Assembly (NCBI GenBank): GCA_035511435.1
Contig: DATKFJ010000097.1
Location: forward strand, 1-53,095
Reading direction: 5' to 3'
Origin: Acetobacteraceae bacterium
Lineage (GTDB): Bacteria > Pseudomonadota > Alphaproteobacteria > Acetobacterales > Acetobacteraceae
Length of the DNA: 53,095 nt
The first letter of the stretch is position 1, and the number at the start of each line of letters is the position of its first letter. The notes below the pieces were generated by a model, which was not told the origin of the DNA, ran no database searches, and saw only the letters and a program-made list of their open reading frames with translations. A program made the translations under genes and the position numbers. Positions 20,341 through 29,043 of the stretch are shown here, one piece after another.

Positions 20341-21225
20341 ATGTCCAAATCAAAGACCCTCTGGTCTCTCATGCTGTTTGGACTTGTCCTTGCCGGGTGT
20401 CAGACCGCGCCGACCGGGCCGGCGCAGGATTTCGTTGCGGCGACAAACTCACTGGCTCAAGCCGAATCCGCCTATTTCGACCAGATCCAGGCTGCCTCGG
20501 ATGACAGTCACGTCCTGATCGCGAGCGCGGTATATGTCCGTCACATAGGAACCTTCTCCACGATCGCGGGCGAACTGACGAAACGGGATGATTTCTCGAG
20601 GGCCAAAGCCGCCCGGATGGCCGCCATGGCGCAGTTGCAGAACTATGCGCAACAGATCACCGCAATTTCCGCCGCCACCACCGATACCGCAGTCGCCGGC
20701 CAGGCAAAAACCACCGCGACAGACGTAACCAAGCTACTGACCGACCTGAAGGCTGCCAAACTCACTCAGCAACAAGCCGGCCTGATCCAAACCGCCGTCA
20801 ATACCCTGGCCCAGGCAATCATCAACGCGGCGGCAAACAGGGACCTGCAAAGCCTCGCCAAGGAGGCCAGACAGCCAATCGCCGACATCGCAACAATGGT
20901 CGCCCAGGACACCGCGAACATCGAGGCGGACAACTTTGCGCCAGGACTCGTGGCCGATCAGCAAGCGGCTATGATGAGCATTCTGAGCAAGATCTATGAG
21001 GACCCGAGCGCGAACAGCAGCCAGCGGCTGGCGGCGGTTACCGCGTGGCGAAGCTGGAAACCTTCTCTTGTCACCGAGGGCAAGGCCATCAACGACGCGC
21101 TCGCCAAGCTGACGAAGGCCAACGATGCCCTTGCGGCCGGGCAGCCGGTGGCCGCGGGCATGTTGGCACAACAGGCACTTGCGTCGGCGCAGCAGGCGGT
21201 GGCCGCCCCTACCGGCACGAAATAA
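20341..21225 (+). CDS. lipoprotein of unknown function (Ala/Gln/Thr-rich, apparently all-helical)
   Basis: MSKSKTLWSLMLFGLVLAG|CQT gives a signal peptide plus lipobox. 294 aa with good codon bias. The opposite-strand 271-aa ORF is Arg-rich antisense noise. No family recognised. Confidence 0.75.
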   Translation: MSKSKTLWSLMLFGLVLAGCQTAPTGPAQDFVAATNSLAQAESAYFDQIQAASDDSHVLIASAVYVRHIGTFSTIAGELTKRDDFSRAKAARMAAMAQLQNYAQQITAISAATTDTAVAGQAKTTATDVTKLLTDLKAAKLTQQQAGLIQTAVNTLAQAIINAAANRDLQSLAKEARQPIADIATMVAQDTANIEADNFAPGLVADQQAAMMSILSKIYEDPSANSSQRLAAVTAWRSWKPSLVTEGKAINDALAKLTKANDALAAGQPVAAGMLAQQALASAQQAVAAPTGTK

Positions 21226-21237
21226 GGAGGCTCCAAA

Positions 21238-21546
21238 ATGCCGACAAACGCGGATGCCGTCAGCGACTTCGAAGCGGCGAAAAATGCCCTCGAGAAGCAA
21301 GTCCCCGCGGCAATCGGGGCGACCGCGGACAAGCTTCTCCTCGCCATTCAGAGCATTGCGGACGAAGTTGGAGCATTGGAAACTGTCCTGCTCACAAATG
21401 CCTACGTCCCGCAAACCGACGCCTTCAAGGCTGCGACCAATGACGCAAAGTCCTTTGTGGCGAGCTTGAACAGCCTCAAGCAGGCACTGGTAGTGGCGGC
21501 CGGTCTCGCGCAGATCCTCGACAGGATGATCAGCTACATCAAGTGA
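21238..21546 (+). CDS. small Ala-rich helical protein (102 aa), translationally linked to the lipoprotein gene
   Basis: AAGGAGG lies 7 nt before the ATG and 12 nt after the previous stop. The product is MPTNADAVSDFEAAKNALEKQVPAAIGATADKLLLAIQSIADEVGALETVLL... No signal peptide and no family recognised. Confidence 0.65.
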   Translation: MPTNADAVSDFEAAKNALEKQVPAAIGATADKLLLAIQSIADEVGALETVLLTNAYVPQTDAFKAATNDAKSFVASLNSLKQALVVAAGLAQILDRMISYIK

Positions 21547-21750
21547 CACAGTGACGCTGACTGGTGTTAGCGCCAGGGCGACCGGGACGCGGTATCGATC
21601 GCTTCAGCGTCGTCATGCCAACCACCATCGGCATGACGGATAAATCGTGGCCGTTGTCGGGTGTAACCTTGCAGGCCTACGTCAAACTGGCCACCCTCCG
21701 CCACGGAACCCGACCAATGGGAAATGTCCTATCAGCATGGGAGTATAATC

Positions 21751-22698
21751 ATGGCGGTTATCAGGGTGCGCGACCTCGCATACGCCCGGCTCCGGTCGCC
21801 TGACCTGGATGCACAGGAGGAATTTCTGACCGCGTTCGGTATGGTGCGCGCGGCGCGGACACCGACGGCTCTGTATATGCGCGGGACCGATCCGGCACAC
21901 CACATCCATGTCACCGAGTTGGGCGACGCCAAATTTATCGGCTTCGCATGGACGGTTGCCAGCGAGGACGAGCTCAACGCGATTGACAGGTTGCCCGGCG
22001 CTTCCGGGATCGAGAGCATCGACGAGCCCGGCGGCGGCAAACGGGTCCGCGTGACGGAACCCAATGGCTACACCATCGAGATCGTGCACGGGATGGCAGC
22101 CGCGCAGCCGATCCAGGTCGTGCGTCAGCCGCTCAACTCCGGTTTCGAGCCGTTGAAGCGCGCGGGTGAGGTCATGCGTTTTGCCTCCGGCCCATCCAGC
22201 GTCAAGCGCATCGGCCACGCCGTACTCGGCTCGCCAAAAAACCAGGAAACCGTTCGTTGGTTCCGCGACACCCTTGGCCTGGTCTGTTCCGACGATGTTT
22301 ACGCCGGCGACAAGGACAACATCATCGGACAGTTCAGCCGGATTGATGCCGGCGATGATTATGTCGACCACCATGCGTTCTTTTGCATGAAGAACGAGCG
22401 CGCGGGCCTCAATCACTTTTCCTTCGAAGTGCAAGACGTGGACGACGTGTTCATCGGCCACGAGTACCTCGACAGTCTAAGCAAATACGAACACATGTGG
22501 GGCATCGGCCGCCACCTGCTCGGCAGTCAGGTGTACGACTACTGGGCCGATCCCTGGGGCCGCGTCCACGAACATTGGGCAGACACCGATCGGCTCAACG
22601 TCCATAACGGTGGCAACCTGGTTCCGGCGGAGGAAGGGCTGCGCTCGCAATGGGGCACCAGGCCACCGGAGAAATTCAGAGGCCACGTCAGCCCCTGA
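21751..22698 (+). CDS. VOC-family protein / extradiol ring-cleavage dioxygenase-like
   Basis: Two glyoxalase/VOC modules: MAVIRVRDLAYARLRSPDLDAQEEFL... and ...VKRIGHAVLGSPKNQETVRWFRDTLGL...LNHFSFEVQD. ATG at 21751 sits behind GGGAG. Confidence 0.85.
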   Translation: MAVIRVRDLAYARLRSPDLDAQEEFLTAFGMVRAARTPTALYMRGTDPAHHIHVTELGDAKFIGFAWTVASEDELNAIDRLPGASGIESIDEPGGGKRVRVTEPNGYTIEIVHGMAAAQPIQVVRQPLNSGFEPLKRAGEVMRFASGPSSVKRIGHAVLGSPKNQETVRWFRDTLGLVCSDDVYAGDKDNIIGQFSRIDAGDDYVDHHAFFCMKNERAGLNHFSFEVQDVDDVFIGHEYLDSLSKYEHMWGIGRHLLGSQVYDYWADPWGRVHEHWADTDRLNVHNGGNLVPAEEGLRSQWGTRPPEKFRGHVSP

Positions 22699-22941
22699 GG
22701 CACAGCGCGCAGACTGGCTGTCCGGGTTGCAACTGCTTCCCGATGTAACACTGCCCCAGAGCTGCCCTGACCGAACGTCGGGGTCAGCCTCCACGCCGTG
22801 CGCTTGCTGCGATCAGCAGCAATGTGGATGCCGATCCGGCCTGCCGGCCACGCCAGCCTCTCGTCAAACGCGATGCGATGAACATCGACGGCCGCCGCCA
22901 TGTCGGCGCTACCAGGTTGCTGTGGCATCCATGATCATTGC

Positions 22942-23865
22942 TCACCGCCCCCGGGGGTCGAGCGCGTCGCGCAACCCGTCGCCCACCAGATTGAACGACA
23001 ACACGGCAAGGAAGATCCCCAGACCGGGGAACACCGCAAGCCACGGCGCCTGCGACAGGAAACGCTGCGCCGAGTTCAGCATCGAGCCCCAGGACGGGTC
23101 CGGCGGCTGCTGACCCAGGCCGAGAAAAGACAAACTCGCCTCGGCGATGATCGCCGCCGCGATCGCCAGCGTGCCTTGCACCATGATCGGCGGCACAATG
23201 TTCGGCAACACGTGGCGGACCGCGATGCGCCAGGCTGGATTGCCGATGGCGCGCGCCGCCTCGACATACTCGTTGCTGCTGGCATCCAGCGTCGCCGCAC
23301 GGGTGACGCGCATGAAGCGTGGCGCGGTTGAAACGCCGATCGCAATCATCGCGTTGGTCAGGTCGGGCCCGAGGAACGCCGCCAAGGCGATCGCGAGAAT
23401 GAGGAACGGACAGGCCAGCATGGCATCGACGATGCGACTGAGCACCACGTCGGTCCAGCCGCCGGCGAAACCCGCCAGCAACCCCGCGGGCACGCCGATG
23501 CCGGCGGCGATCAGCACGGATACCACGCCGGCCAGCAAACTGGCACGCGCACCGAAGATAACGCGGGACAACACGTCGCGCCCGTTTTCATCCGTTCCCA
23601 TCCAGTGCGCCAGCGACGGCGCCTTCCGGATCGCGGTCCAGCTCGTTGCGATCGGATCGTACGGCGCGATCAGCGGGGCGAAGATCGCCACACCAATGAA
23701 CAGCACGATGACCGCGAGCCCTGCGACGGCAACCGGTCGGTGCAGGAAGCGGCGAAGCGCAAGCTGTGCGGGGCTGCGCGGCATGGCCGCGGTCGGGGCG
23801 AGTGCCGGCGTGGCGATGGTGGTGCTCATGGCAGCGACCTGTTTGGCATTGGCGGGTTGGCTCAT
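22942..23865 (-). CDS. ABC transporter permease (DppC/OppC-like)
   Basis: ...HWMGTDENGRDVLSRVIFGARASLL... and ...YVEAARAIGNPAWRIAVRHVLPN... ATGA overlap with the upstream permease (alternative ATG at 23829). The 566-aa track ORF is an over-extension. Confidence 0.9.
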   Translation of the reverse strand: MSQPANAKQVAAMSTTIATPALAPTAAMPRSPAQLALRRFLHRPVAVAGLAVIVLFIGVAIFAPLIAPYDPIATSWTAIRKAPSLAHWMGTDENGRDVLSRVIFGARASLLAGVVSVLIAAGIGVPAGLLAGFAGGWTDVVLSRIVDAMLACPFLILAIALAAFLGPDLTNAMIAIGVSTAPRFMRVTRAATLDASSNEYVEAARAIGNPAWRIAVRHVLPNIVPPIMVQGTLAIAAAIIAEASLSFLGLGQQPPDPSWGSMLNSAQRFLSQAPWLAVFPGLGIFLAVLSFNLVGDGLRDALDPRGR

Positions 23866-24809
23866 GCCCCCCTCAGCCGCGGGTTGATCACCACGTACAG
23901 CACATCCGCCAGCAGATTCAGCATGACGTACAGAAATGCCGTCACCAGGACGACGCCCTGCACCACCGGATAATCCCGATTGAATACCGCATCGACGATC
24001 ATCTTGCCGAAACCCGGGATGCTGAACACCTGTTCGGTCAGCACGGCGCCGGAAAACAGCGTCCCCAGTTCCAGCGCGCCCAGCGTTACCACGGGGATCA
24101 GCGCATTGCGCAACGCATGCCGCAGCACCACGACGAATTCGCGCAGTCCTTTCGCCCGTGCCGTCCGCACATAGTCCTGGTCCAGCACGGTCAGCATGGC
24201 GCTGCGCGTATGTCGCATCAGAATCGCGGCGATCGCGTTGCCCAGTACAAACGCCGGCATGATCGTGGTAGCGAGCGACTGTCGCCAATCCTCCGCCAGC
24301 GACACGTAACCCGACGGCGGCAGCCAACCCAGATCCACCGACACCAGCAGAATCAGCATGATGCCCAGCCAGAACGTCGGCGTGGACAGCCCGGCCAGCC
24401 CGATCGCGTTGGCCACATAGTCCCAGAACCGGTTGCGCTGCACGGCAGCGACAATCCCCGCCGGTACGCCGATCAACACCGCGATGGCGAACGCCATGGT
24501 GCCGAGTTGCAAAGTGACCGGCAGCTTCTCCAGGATCAGTTGCGACACCGGCTGGCGAATGCGCCACGAGTATCCCAGGTTGCCCTGCAGCACATTGCCC
24601 ATCCAATGCAGGTACTGCACCGGTAGCGGTCGATCCAGCCACAGCTCGGCGCGTATCTGTGCCAGCACCTGGGGATCGCCGCGTTCCTCGCCTGCCATCA
24701 CCAGCGCGGGATCGCCGGGCATCAATTGTTGCAGGCAGAACACCAGCACGCTGACCAGCAGCAATGTCGGGATAATCTGCGCGATGCGCGTGCCGAGAAA
24801 CCCGCGCAT
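23862..24809 (-). CDS. ABC transporter permease (DppB/OppB-like)
   Basis: MRGFLGTRIAQIIPTLLLVSVLVFCLQQLMPGDPA... and ...YVRTARAKGLREFVVVLRHALRNA... Its start overlaps the binding-protein stop by 1 nt. Confidence 0.92.
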   Translation of the reverse strand: MRGFLGTRIAQIIPTLLLVSVLVFCLQQLMPGDPALVMAGEERGDPQVLAQIRAELWLDRPLPVQYLHWMGNVLQGNLGYSWRIRQPVSQLILEKLPVTLQLGTMAFAIAVLIGVPAGIVAAVQRNRFWDYVANAIGLAGLSTPTFWLGIMLILLVSVDLGWLPPSGYVSLAEDWRQSLATTIMPAFVLGNAIAAILMRHTRSAMLTVLDQDYVRTARAKGLREFVVVLRHALRNALIPVVTLGALELGTLFSGAVLTEQVFSIPGFGKMIVDAVFNRDYPVVQGVVLVTAFLYVMLNLLADVLYVVINPRLRGA

Positions 24810-26323
24810 TACTTCGCCATCTCCAGGCCCTGCAAGCGGATCATGCCGTCGGGGATTGGACGAAATCCCTGCAATTTCGCCGACATCGCAACAATGTTGC
24901 GCGTGCTGTAGAGATACGTCACTGGCAGGTCACGCCGCAACACGGGCCAAAGCTGTTGATAGGCCGCAAGCCGCTTCGCCATGTCGGTCGTACCGCGCCC
25001 CTCTTCAAGCAGCTTGTCCACAATCGGGCTGCTGTAATGGCTGACATTATTGCCCTGGCCGGTGTGCAGGAATTGATAGGTGTTGCCATCGATATCCACG
25101 CGTCCGGACCAACCGATCAGGTAGGCTTCGAACTCACCGCGCGTGGAAGCCGCCAGTGAAGAGGCAAACTCCATCGCCTGGATGTGCACGTCGAACCCGG
25201 CCTCCGCGGTCATCGACTGGATCACCTCGGCCTCTTGCAGCACGTCAGGCTGATTCGGCGTCAGCAACTCAACTTTCACGGGAAGGCTGACGCCGGCCTG
25301 CTTGAGCAATGCCTTGGCCTTCGCCAAATCGCGCGGTGGCGGCGGCAACGCGGTGTCGTAGAACGGCGAGCTTTTCGATACAGCCTGCACAGTCGGCGTG
25401 TTCATGTCGTTGAACACAACCTTGACCAGTGCGGCACGGTCAATTGCCGCGTCGAATGCCTGACGCACCAGTGCGTTCGTGCCATAGGGCGTATTGGAAC
25501 GTACGCCATTGTTCAGGTTGTTGGTGATGCCGGAATAGCCGAGAGCGTCGGATACCACCAGCCTGAGCTTTGGATTGGCCTTCACCGCGGCGACGTCAGT
25601 GGGCGCGATGTACTCGGTCAGGTCAGTTGTGCCAGCCTGTAGATTGGCTAGGCGCACCGATGAATCCGGAAACACCTGGTAGACGACCTTGTCGAAGTGG
25701 ATGTCCTTGGCATCCCAGTAGTCGGCAAAGCGCTCCAGCGTTACGTGATCCTGCGGCACGCGTTCAACGAACTTGAACGGGCCGCTGCACACCGGATGCG
25801 CGGCGAAGTCCTTGCCCTCCGCCTCGGTCGCCTTGGGCGGTAGAATCATGCCCGATCGGTCGGTCAACTGTGCCAGGAATGCGCCGGACGGACTCTTCAG
25901 CACAACGCGCACGGTACCGGGGTCCACCACCTCCACATGGTCGATCGAACTGATCTCGCCTTTGCGGAAGCTGCCCTGCATCGTCAGGTAACGGTCCAGC
26001 GTGTATTTCACCGCTGCCGCGTCCAGTGCCTCGCCGTCCTGGAACTTCACGCCGGGGCGCAGGTGGATCACCAGCGTCTTGTCGTCGGCCCATTCGTAGC
26101 CGGTAGCAAGCTGTGGAACGATGTTCAGCTTCTCGTCTATGTCGAACAGTTTGTCGCACAGGCCGGCGAACACGATGCGGCCGACATAGGTGGTCGACGT
26201 GGCAGGATCCAATACGTCCAGATCCTGCCGCAACGAAATTCGCAACGTCTGCGAAAACGCTGGCCCAGGCACAGACAACGCAGTCGCCAGCATGCAGGCG
26301 CTGGCCAGCAGGAAACGTCGCAT
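24809..26323 (-). CDS. ABC transporter substrate-binding protein, family 5
   Basis: ATG at 26323 sits behind GGGAG. The signal peptide is MRRFLLASACMLATALSVPGPAFSQ and the body is DppA-like. The track start at 26359 is a TTG over-extension. Confidence 0.9.
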   Translation of the reverse strand: MRRFLLASACMLATALSVPGPAFSQTLRISLRQDLDVLDPATSTTYVGRIVFAGLCDKLFDIDEKLNIVPQLATGYEWADDKTLVIHLRPGVKFQDGEALDAAAVKYTLDRYLTMQGSFRKGEISSIDHVEVVDPGTVRVVLKSPSGAFLAQLTDRSGMILPPKATEAEGKDFAAHPVCSGPFKFVERVPQDHVTLERFADYWDAKDIHFDKVVYQVFPDSSVRLANLQAGTTDLTEYIAPTDVAAVKANPKLRLVVSDALGYSGITNNLNNGVRSNTPYGTNALVRQAFDAAIDRAALVKVVFNDMNTPTVQAVSKSSPFYDTALPPPPRDLAKAKALLKQAGVSLPVKVELLTPNQPDVLQEAEVIQSMTAEAGFDVHIQAMEFASSLAASTRGEFEAYLIGWSGRVDIDGNTYQFLHTGQGNNVSHYSSPIVDKLLEEGRGTTDMAKRLAAYQQLWPVLRRDLPVTYLYSTRNIVAMSAKLQGFRPIPDGMIRLQGLEMAK

Positions 26324-26464
26324 CGTGAAGCTCCCAAGTCTTGTTTTTATGCGGGTCAATTAAAGCGGTGGTTTACCCTCGTGCGCAATCACGACATCCA
26401 TCACCGCACGATCGAACACGCCGCACGGGCTATCGGTCCCCGCGAGTGTCATGCCACGGAAGGC

Positions 26465-26621
26465 CTGGGGCTCCGCCCCGGACCCCGCCAAGAGGCTCTG
26501 CCTCTTGGAACTCCGCTAAGGGCATAGCCCTTAGAACCCGTACGTTTGCATGCCGAAGGCTGTGCCTTTGGTTGGGGTTCAGGGGACAAAGTCCCGCCGT
26601 GGGTGGCAGGGCGAAGCCCTG
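26465..26621. repeat. array of six consecutive short GC-rich hairpins (REP-like)
   Basis: The six hairpins are GGGGC-tcc-GCCCC (26467-79), CCAAGAGG-ctctg-CCTCTTGG (26488-508), CTAAGGGC-ata-GCCCTTAG (26516-34), CCGAAGGC-tgt-GCCTTTGG (26553-71), GGGAC-aaa-GTCCC (26583-95) and CAGGGC-gaa-GCCCTG (26607-21). Confidence 0.65.
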
Positions 26622-26692
26622 GGCGTTGCTGACACATGCGCCGCATCCTTGCCGCTCCGGCGACTCGCCGCAAGCCGGCTAGCATCGGAAAA

Positions 26693-28846
26693 ATGCAGTC
26701 CCGGGCACCGATCGCCACCGACCTCGTCCTGCTGGGCGCCGGCCACGCGCATGTCGAGGTGCTGCGTCAATTTGCCATGCGTCCGGAACCCGGCGTGCGG
26801 CTGACGCTGATCGGTCGCGAGCCGGAAACACCGTATACCGGCATGCTGCCGGGGCTGATTCGCGGCGAATACACCTTCGAGGAGGCACATATCGACCTGG
26901 CGCCAATCGCCGCCAGTGCCGGAGCGCGCTTGATCCTGGCGGAGGCGACGGACATCGATCTGGCGGCACGCCGGGTGACGGTGACCGGGCGCCCGACCGT
27001 ACCCTTCGACCTGCTGTCCATCGACGTCGGTGGACAGCCGGCGATACCACCTGGGCCAAAAACACGCTTTCCGGCACTCGACCCGGCGGTGCCGGTCAAG
27101 CCGATCGGCCAGTTCCTCTCTCGGCTATCCGCATTGGAAGCGGAACTGACTCCCGGTGCGCGGATTGCCGTGGTTGGCGGCGGCGCCGGTGGTACGGAAC
27201 TGGCACTGGCCTTGGCGCACCGCTACCGCGATCGGGCGCGCATCGTCCTGGTATGCGACGCATTGGAACCCCTGGCGACCGCGCCCTCGTATGCCCGGTC
27301 CGTCGCCCGCACTGCCTTGGTCGATGCCGGCGTGGAACTGGCCTGCGGGGTGCGGGCGGGTGCCTGGGCCGACGGTCGGTTGGCATTGTCCGACGGCAGT
27401 TTTCTGGAGGTCGCCACCGCGCTATGGGCGACCGGAGTGGTCGGGCCCGCGTGGCTGGCGGCTTCGGGCCTGGATTGTGACGCAGCGGGCTGCGTGCGGG
27501 TGGCTGCGACCCTGCGCAGCGTCAGCCACGGTTTCGTCTTCGCCGCCGGGGATTGTGCCGCGGTCGAGGCCAATCCTCGCCCGAATGCCGGTGTATGGGC
27601 AGTCCGGGCCGGCCGGCCGCTCGCCGGCAACCTGCGACGATCGGCCCGTGGTCGCACGCTGCGCCGCTGGCGGCCGCAGTCGCAGGCACTGGCGATCCTG
27701 GGCCTCGGCGACGGACGCGCGCTGGCCTGGCGTAATGGCGTGGCAGTATCCGGTCGGCTGGTGTGGTGGTGGAAGGATTGGATCGATCGGCGCTGGATGC
27801 GGATGTACCAGGAGCCGATGGCGCCGATGGCGGGGGATGACCCGATGCGTTGCGGCGGCTGCGGCGCGAAGGTGGGCGCCGAAGTGCTGGCGGGGGCGTT
27901 GTCCGAATTGCCTCGGCTGCGGGGGGCGGATGTGCTGATCGGGCTCGATGCGCCGGACGATGCCGCGGTTATGCTGCCGCCGCCGGGGTTCGCCGTCGTA
28001 CAGAGCGTCGATCATTTCCGCGCTTTCATCGACGACCCGTTCGTGTTTGGCCAGATCGCCGCGGCGCACGCCTTGTCCGATCTGCACGCGATGGGCGCCC
28101 GGCCGTGGACAGCGTTGGCAGTGGCCGCGGTGCCATACAGTTCCGGCGAGAAGATGCGCGTGGAACTGGCCGACATGCTGCACGGTGCGAGCGGCGTTCT
28201 GGCAGCGGATGGCTGCACGCTGGTCGGCGGCCACAGTGCGGAGGCGGCGGAGCCAGCGCTGGGTTTCGCGGTCACCGGAGTGGCCGATCCGACAAAGCTG
28301 CTGCGCAAGTCTGGACTACGCCCAGGGGACACGCTGGTGCTGACCAAACCTCTCGGGACCGGCATCGTACTGGCGGCACATATGCGGGGGCTCGCGCGCG
28401 CGGCGTGGCTGTCGGCGGCCATCGACAGCATGCGGACGAGCAATGCGGTGGCGTCGCGGATTTTGCGCGAGCATGGCGTTGAGGCGTGCACCGATGTTAC
28501 AGGGTTTGGGCTGGTGGGGCATTTGCTGGAAATGCTGCGCGCTTCGCGTGTCGGCGCGGTGCTGTGGCCTGATCGCGTGCCGGTGCTACCAGGAGCGCTG
28601 GAACTTGCCGCCGCGGGGGTAGAGAGCACGCTCGCGCCCGAGAATCGGCGATCGCTGCCGGGCGCTGGAACGGATGCACGCACGGCGCTGCTGTTCGATC
28701 CGCAAACCTCGGGTGGATTGCTGGCGGGTATTGCAGCGGAACGTGTGGATGCATGCGTGGCCGCCTTGCGCGCAGCGGGGATCGACGCAGCTCTTATCGG
28801 CGCAGTCGAACGTGGCGCAGCTGAAATCCGGCTCAGCGCAACATAG
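26693..28846 (+). CDS. selD: bifunctional FAD/NAD(P)-dependent oxidoreductase - selenide, water dikinase (SelD fusion, Cys type)
   Basis: The N-terminal half has LVLLGAGHAHVE and IAVVGGGAGGTELA dinucleotide folds. The C-terminal half has the SelD motifs MRCGGCGAKVG (Cys/Lys loop), LIGLDAPDDAAV, LVGGHSAE, LTKPLGTG and CTDVTGFGLVGHLLEM. ATG at 26693. Confidence 0.9.
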   Translation: MQSRAPIATDLVLLGAGHAHVEVLRQFAMRPEPGVRLTLIGREPETPYTGMLPGLIRGEYTFEEAHIDLAPIAASAGARLILAEATDIDLAARRVTVTGRPTVPFDLLSIDVGGQPAIPPGPKTRFPALDPAVPVKPIGQFLSRLSALEAELTPGARIAVVGGGAGGTELALALAHRYRDRARIVLVCDALEPLATAPSYARSVARTALVDAGVELACGVRAGAWADGRLALSDGSFLEVATALWATGVVGPAWLAASGLDCDAAGCVRVAATLRSVSHGFVFAAGDCAAVEANPRPNAGVWAVRAGRPLAGNLRRSARGRTLRRWRPQSQALAILGLGDGRALAWRNGVAVSGRLVWWWKDWIDRRWMRMYQEPMAPMAGDDPMRCGGCGAKVGAEVLAGALSELPRLRGADVLIGLDAPDDAAVMLPPPGFAVVQSVDHFRAFIDDPFVFGQIAAAHALSDLHAMGARPWTALAVAAVPYSSGEKMRVELADMLHGASGVLAADGCTLVGGHSAEAAEPALGFAVTGVADPTKLLRKSGLRPGDTLVLTKPLGTGIVLAAHMRGLARAAWLSAAIDSMRTSNAVASRILREHGVEACTDVTGFGLVGHLLEMLRASRVGAVLWPDRVPVLPGALELAAAGVESTLAPENRRSLPGAGTDARTALLFDPQTSGGLLAGIAAERVDACVAALRAAGIDAALIGAVERGAAEIRLSAT

Positions 28847-29043
28847 TTGATCGTGTCCGGATGATCGCCGCCGTGCATCTTCTGCCGCAGTCAAATGCCG
28901 GCGACCGCGCGTAATGGAATAAAACCGCACCGAAACTGGAGCATTGAAAACGCAGCTTCTTTGCGTCGCGAATCATTACGGCAGAATCGCGTCGTGATCT
29001 TTGCTTCGGACGCGGGCAGCTCACCAGGATCCGCGATTGCTCG

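Noticed and set aside
17873-20518. 881-aa plus-strand ORF, the longest in the window
   Set aside because: It is entirely antisense to parE and extremely Arg/Pro/Leu/His-rich, with no recognisable domain. It also runs through the intergenic region into the lipoprotein gene in a different frame.
26465-26621. CRISPR array interpretation of the hairpin cluster
   Set aside because: The units differ in sequence and length (13-21 nt), the spacing is irregular, there are no constant repeats with unique spacers, and there are no cas genes in the window.
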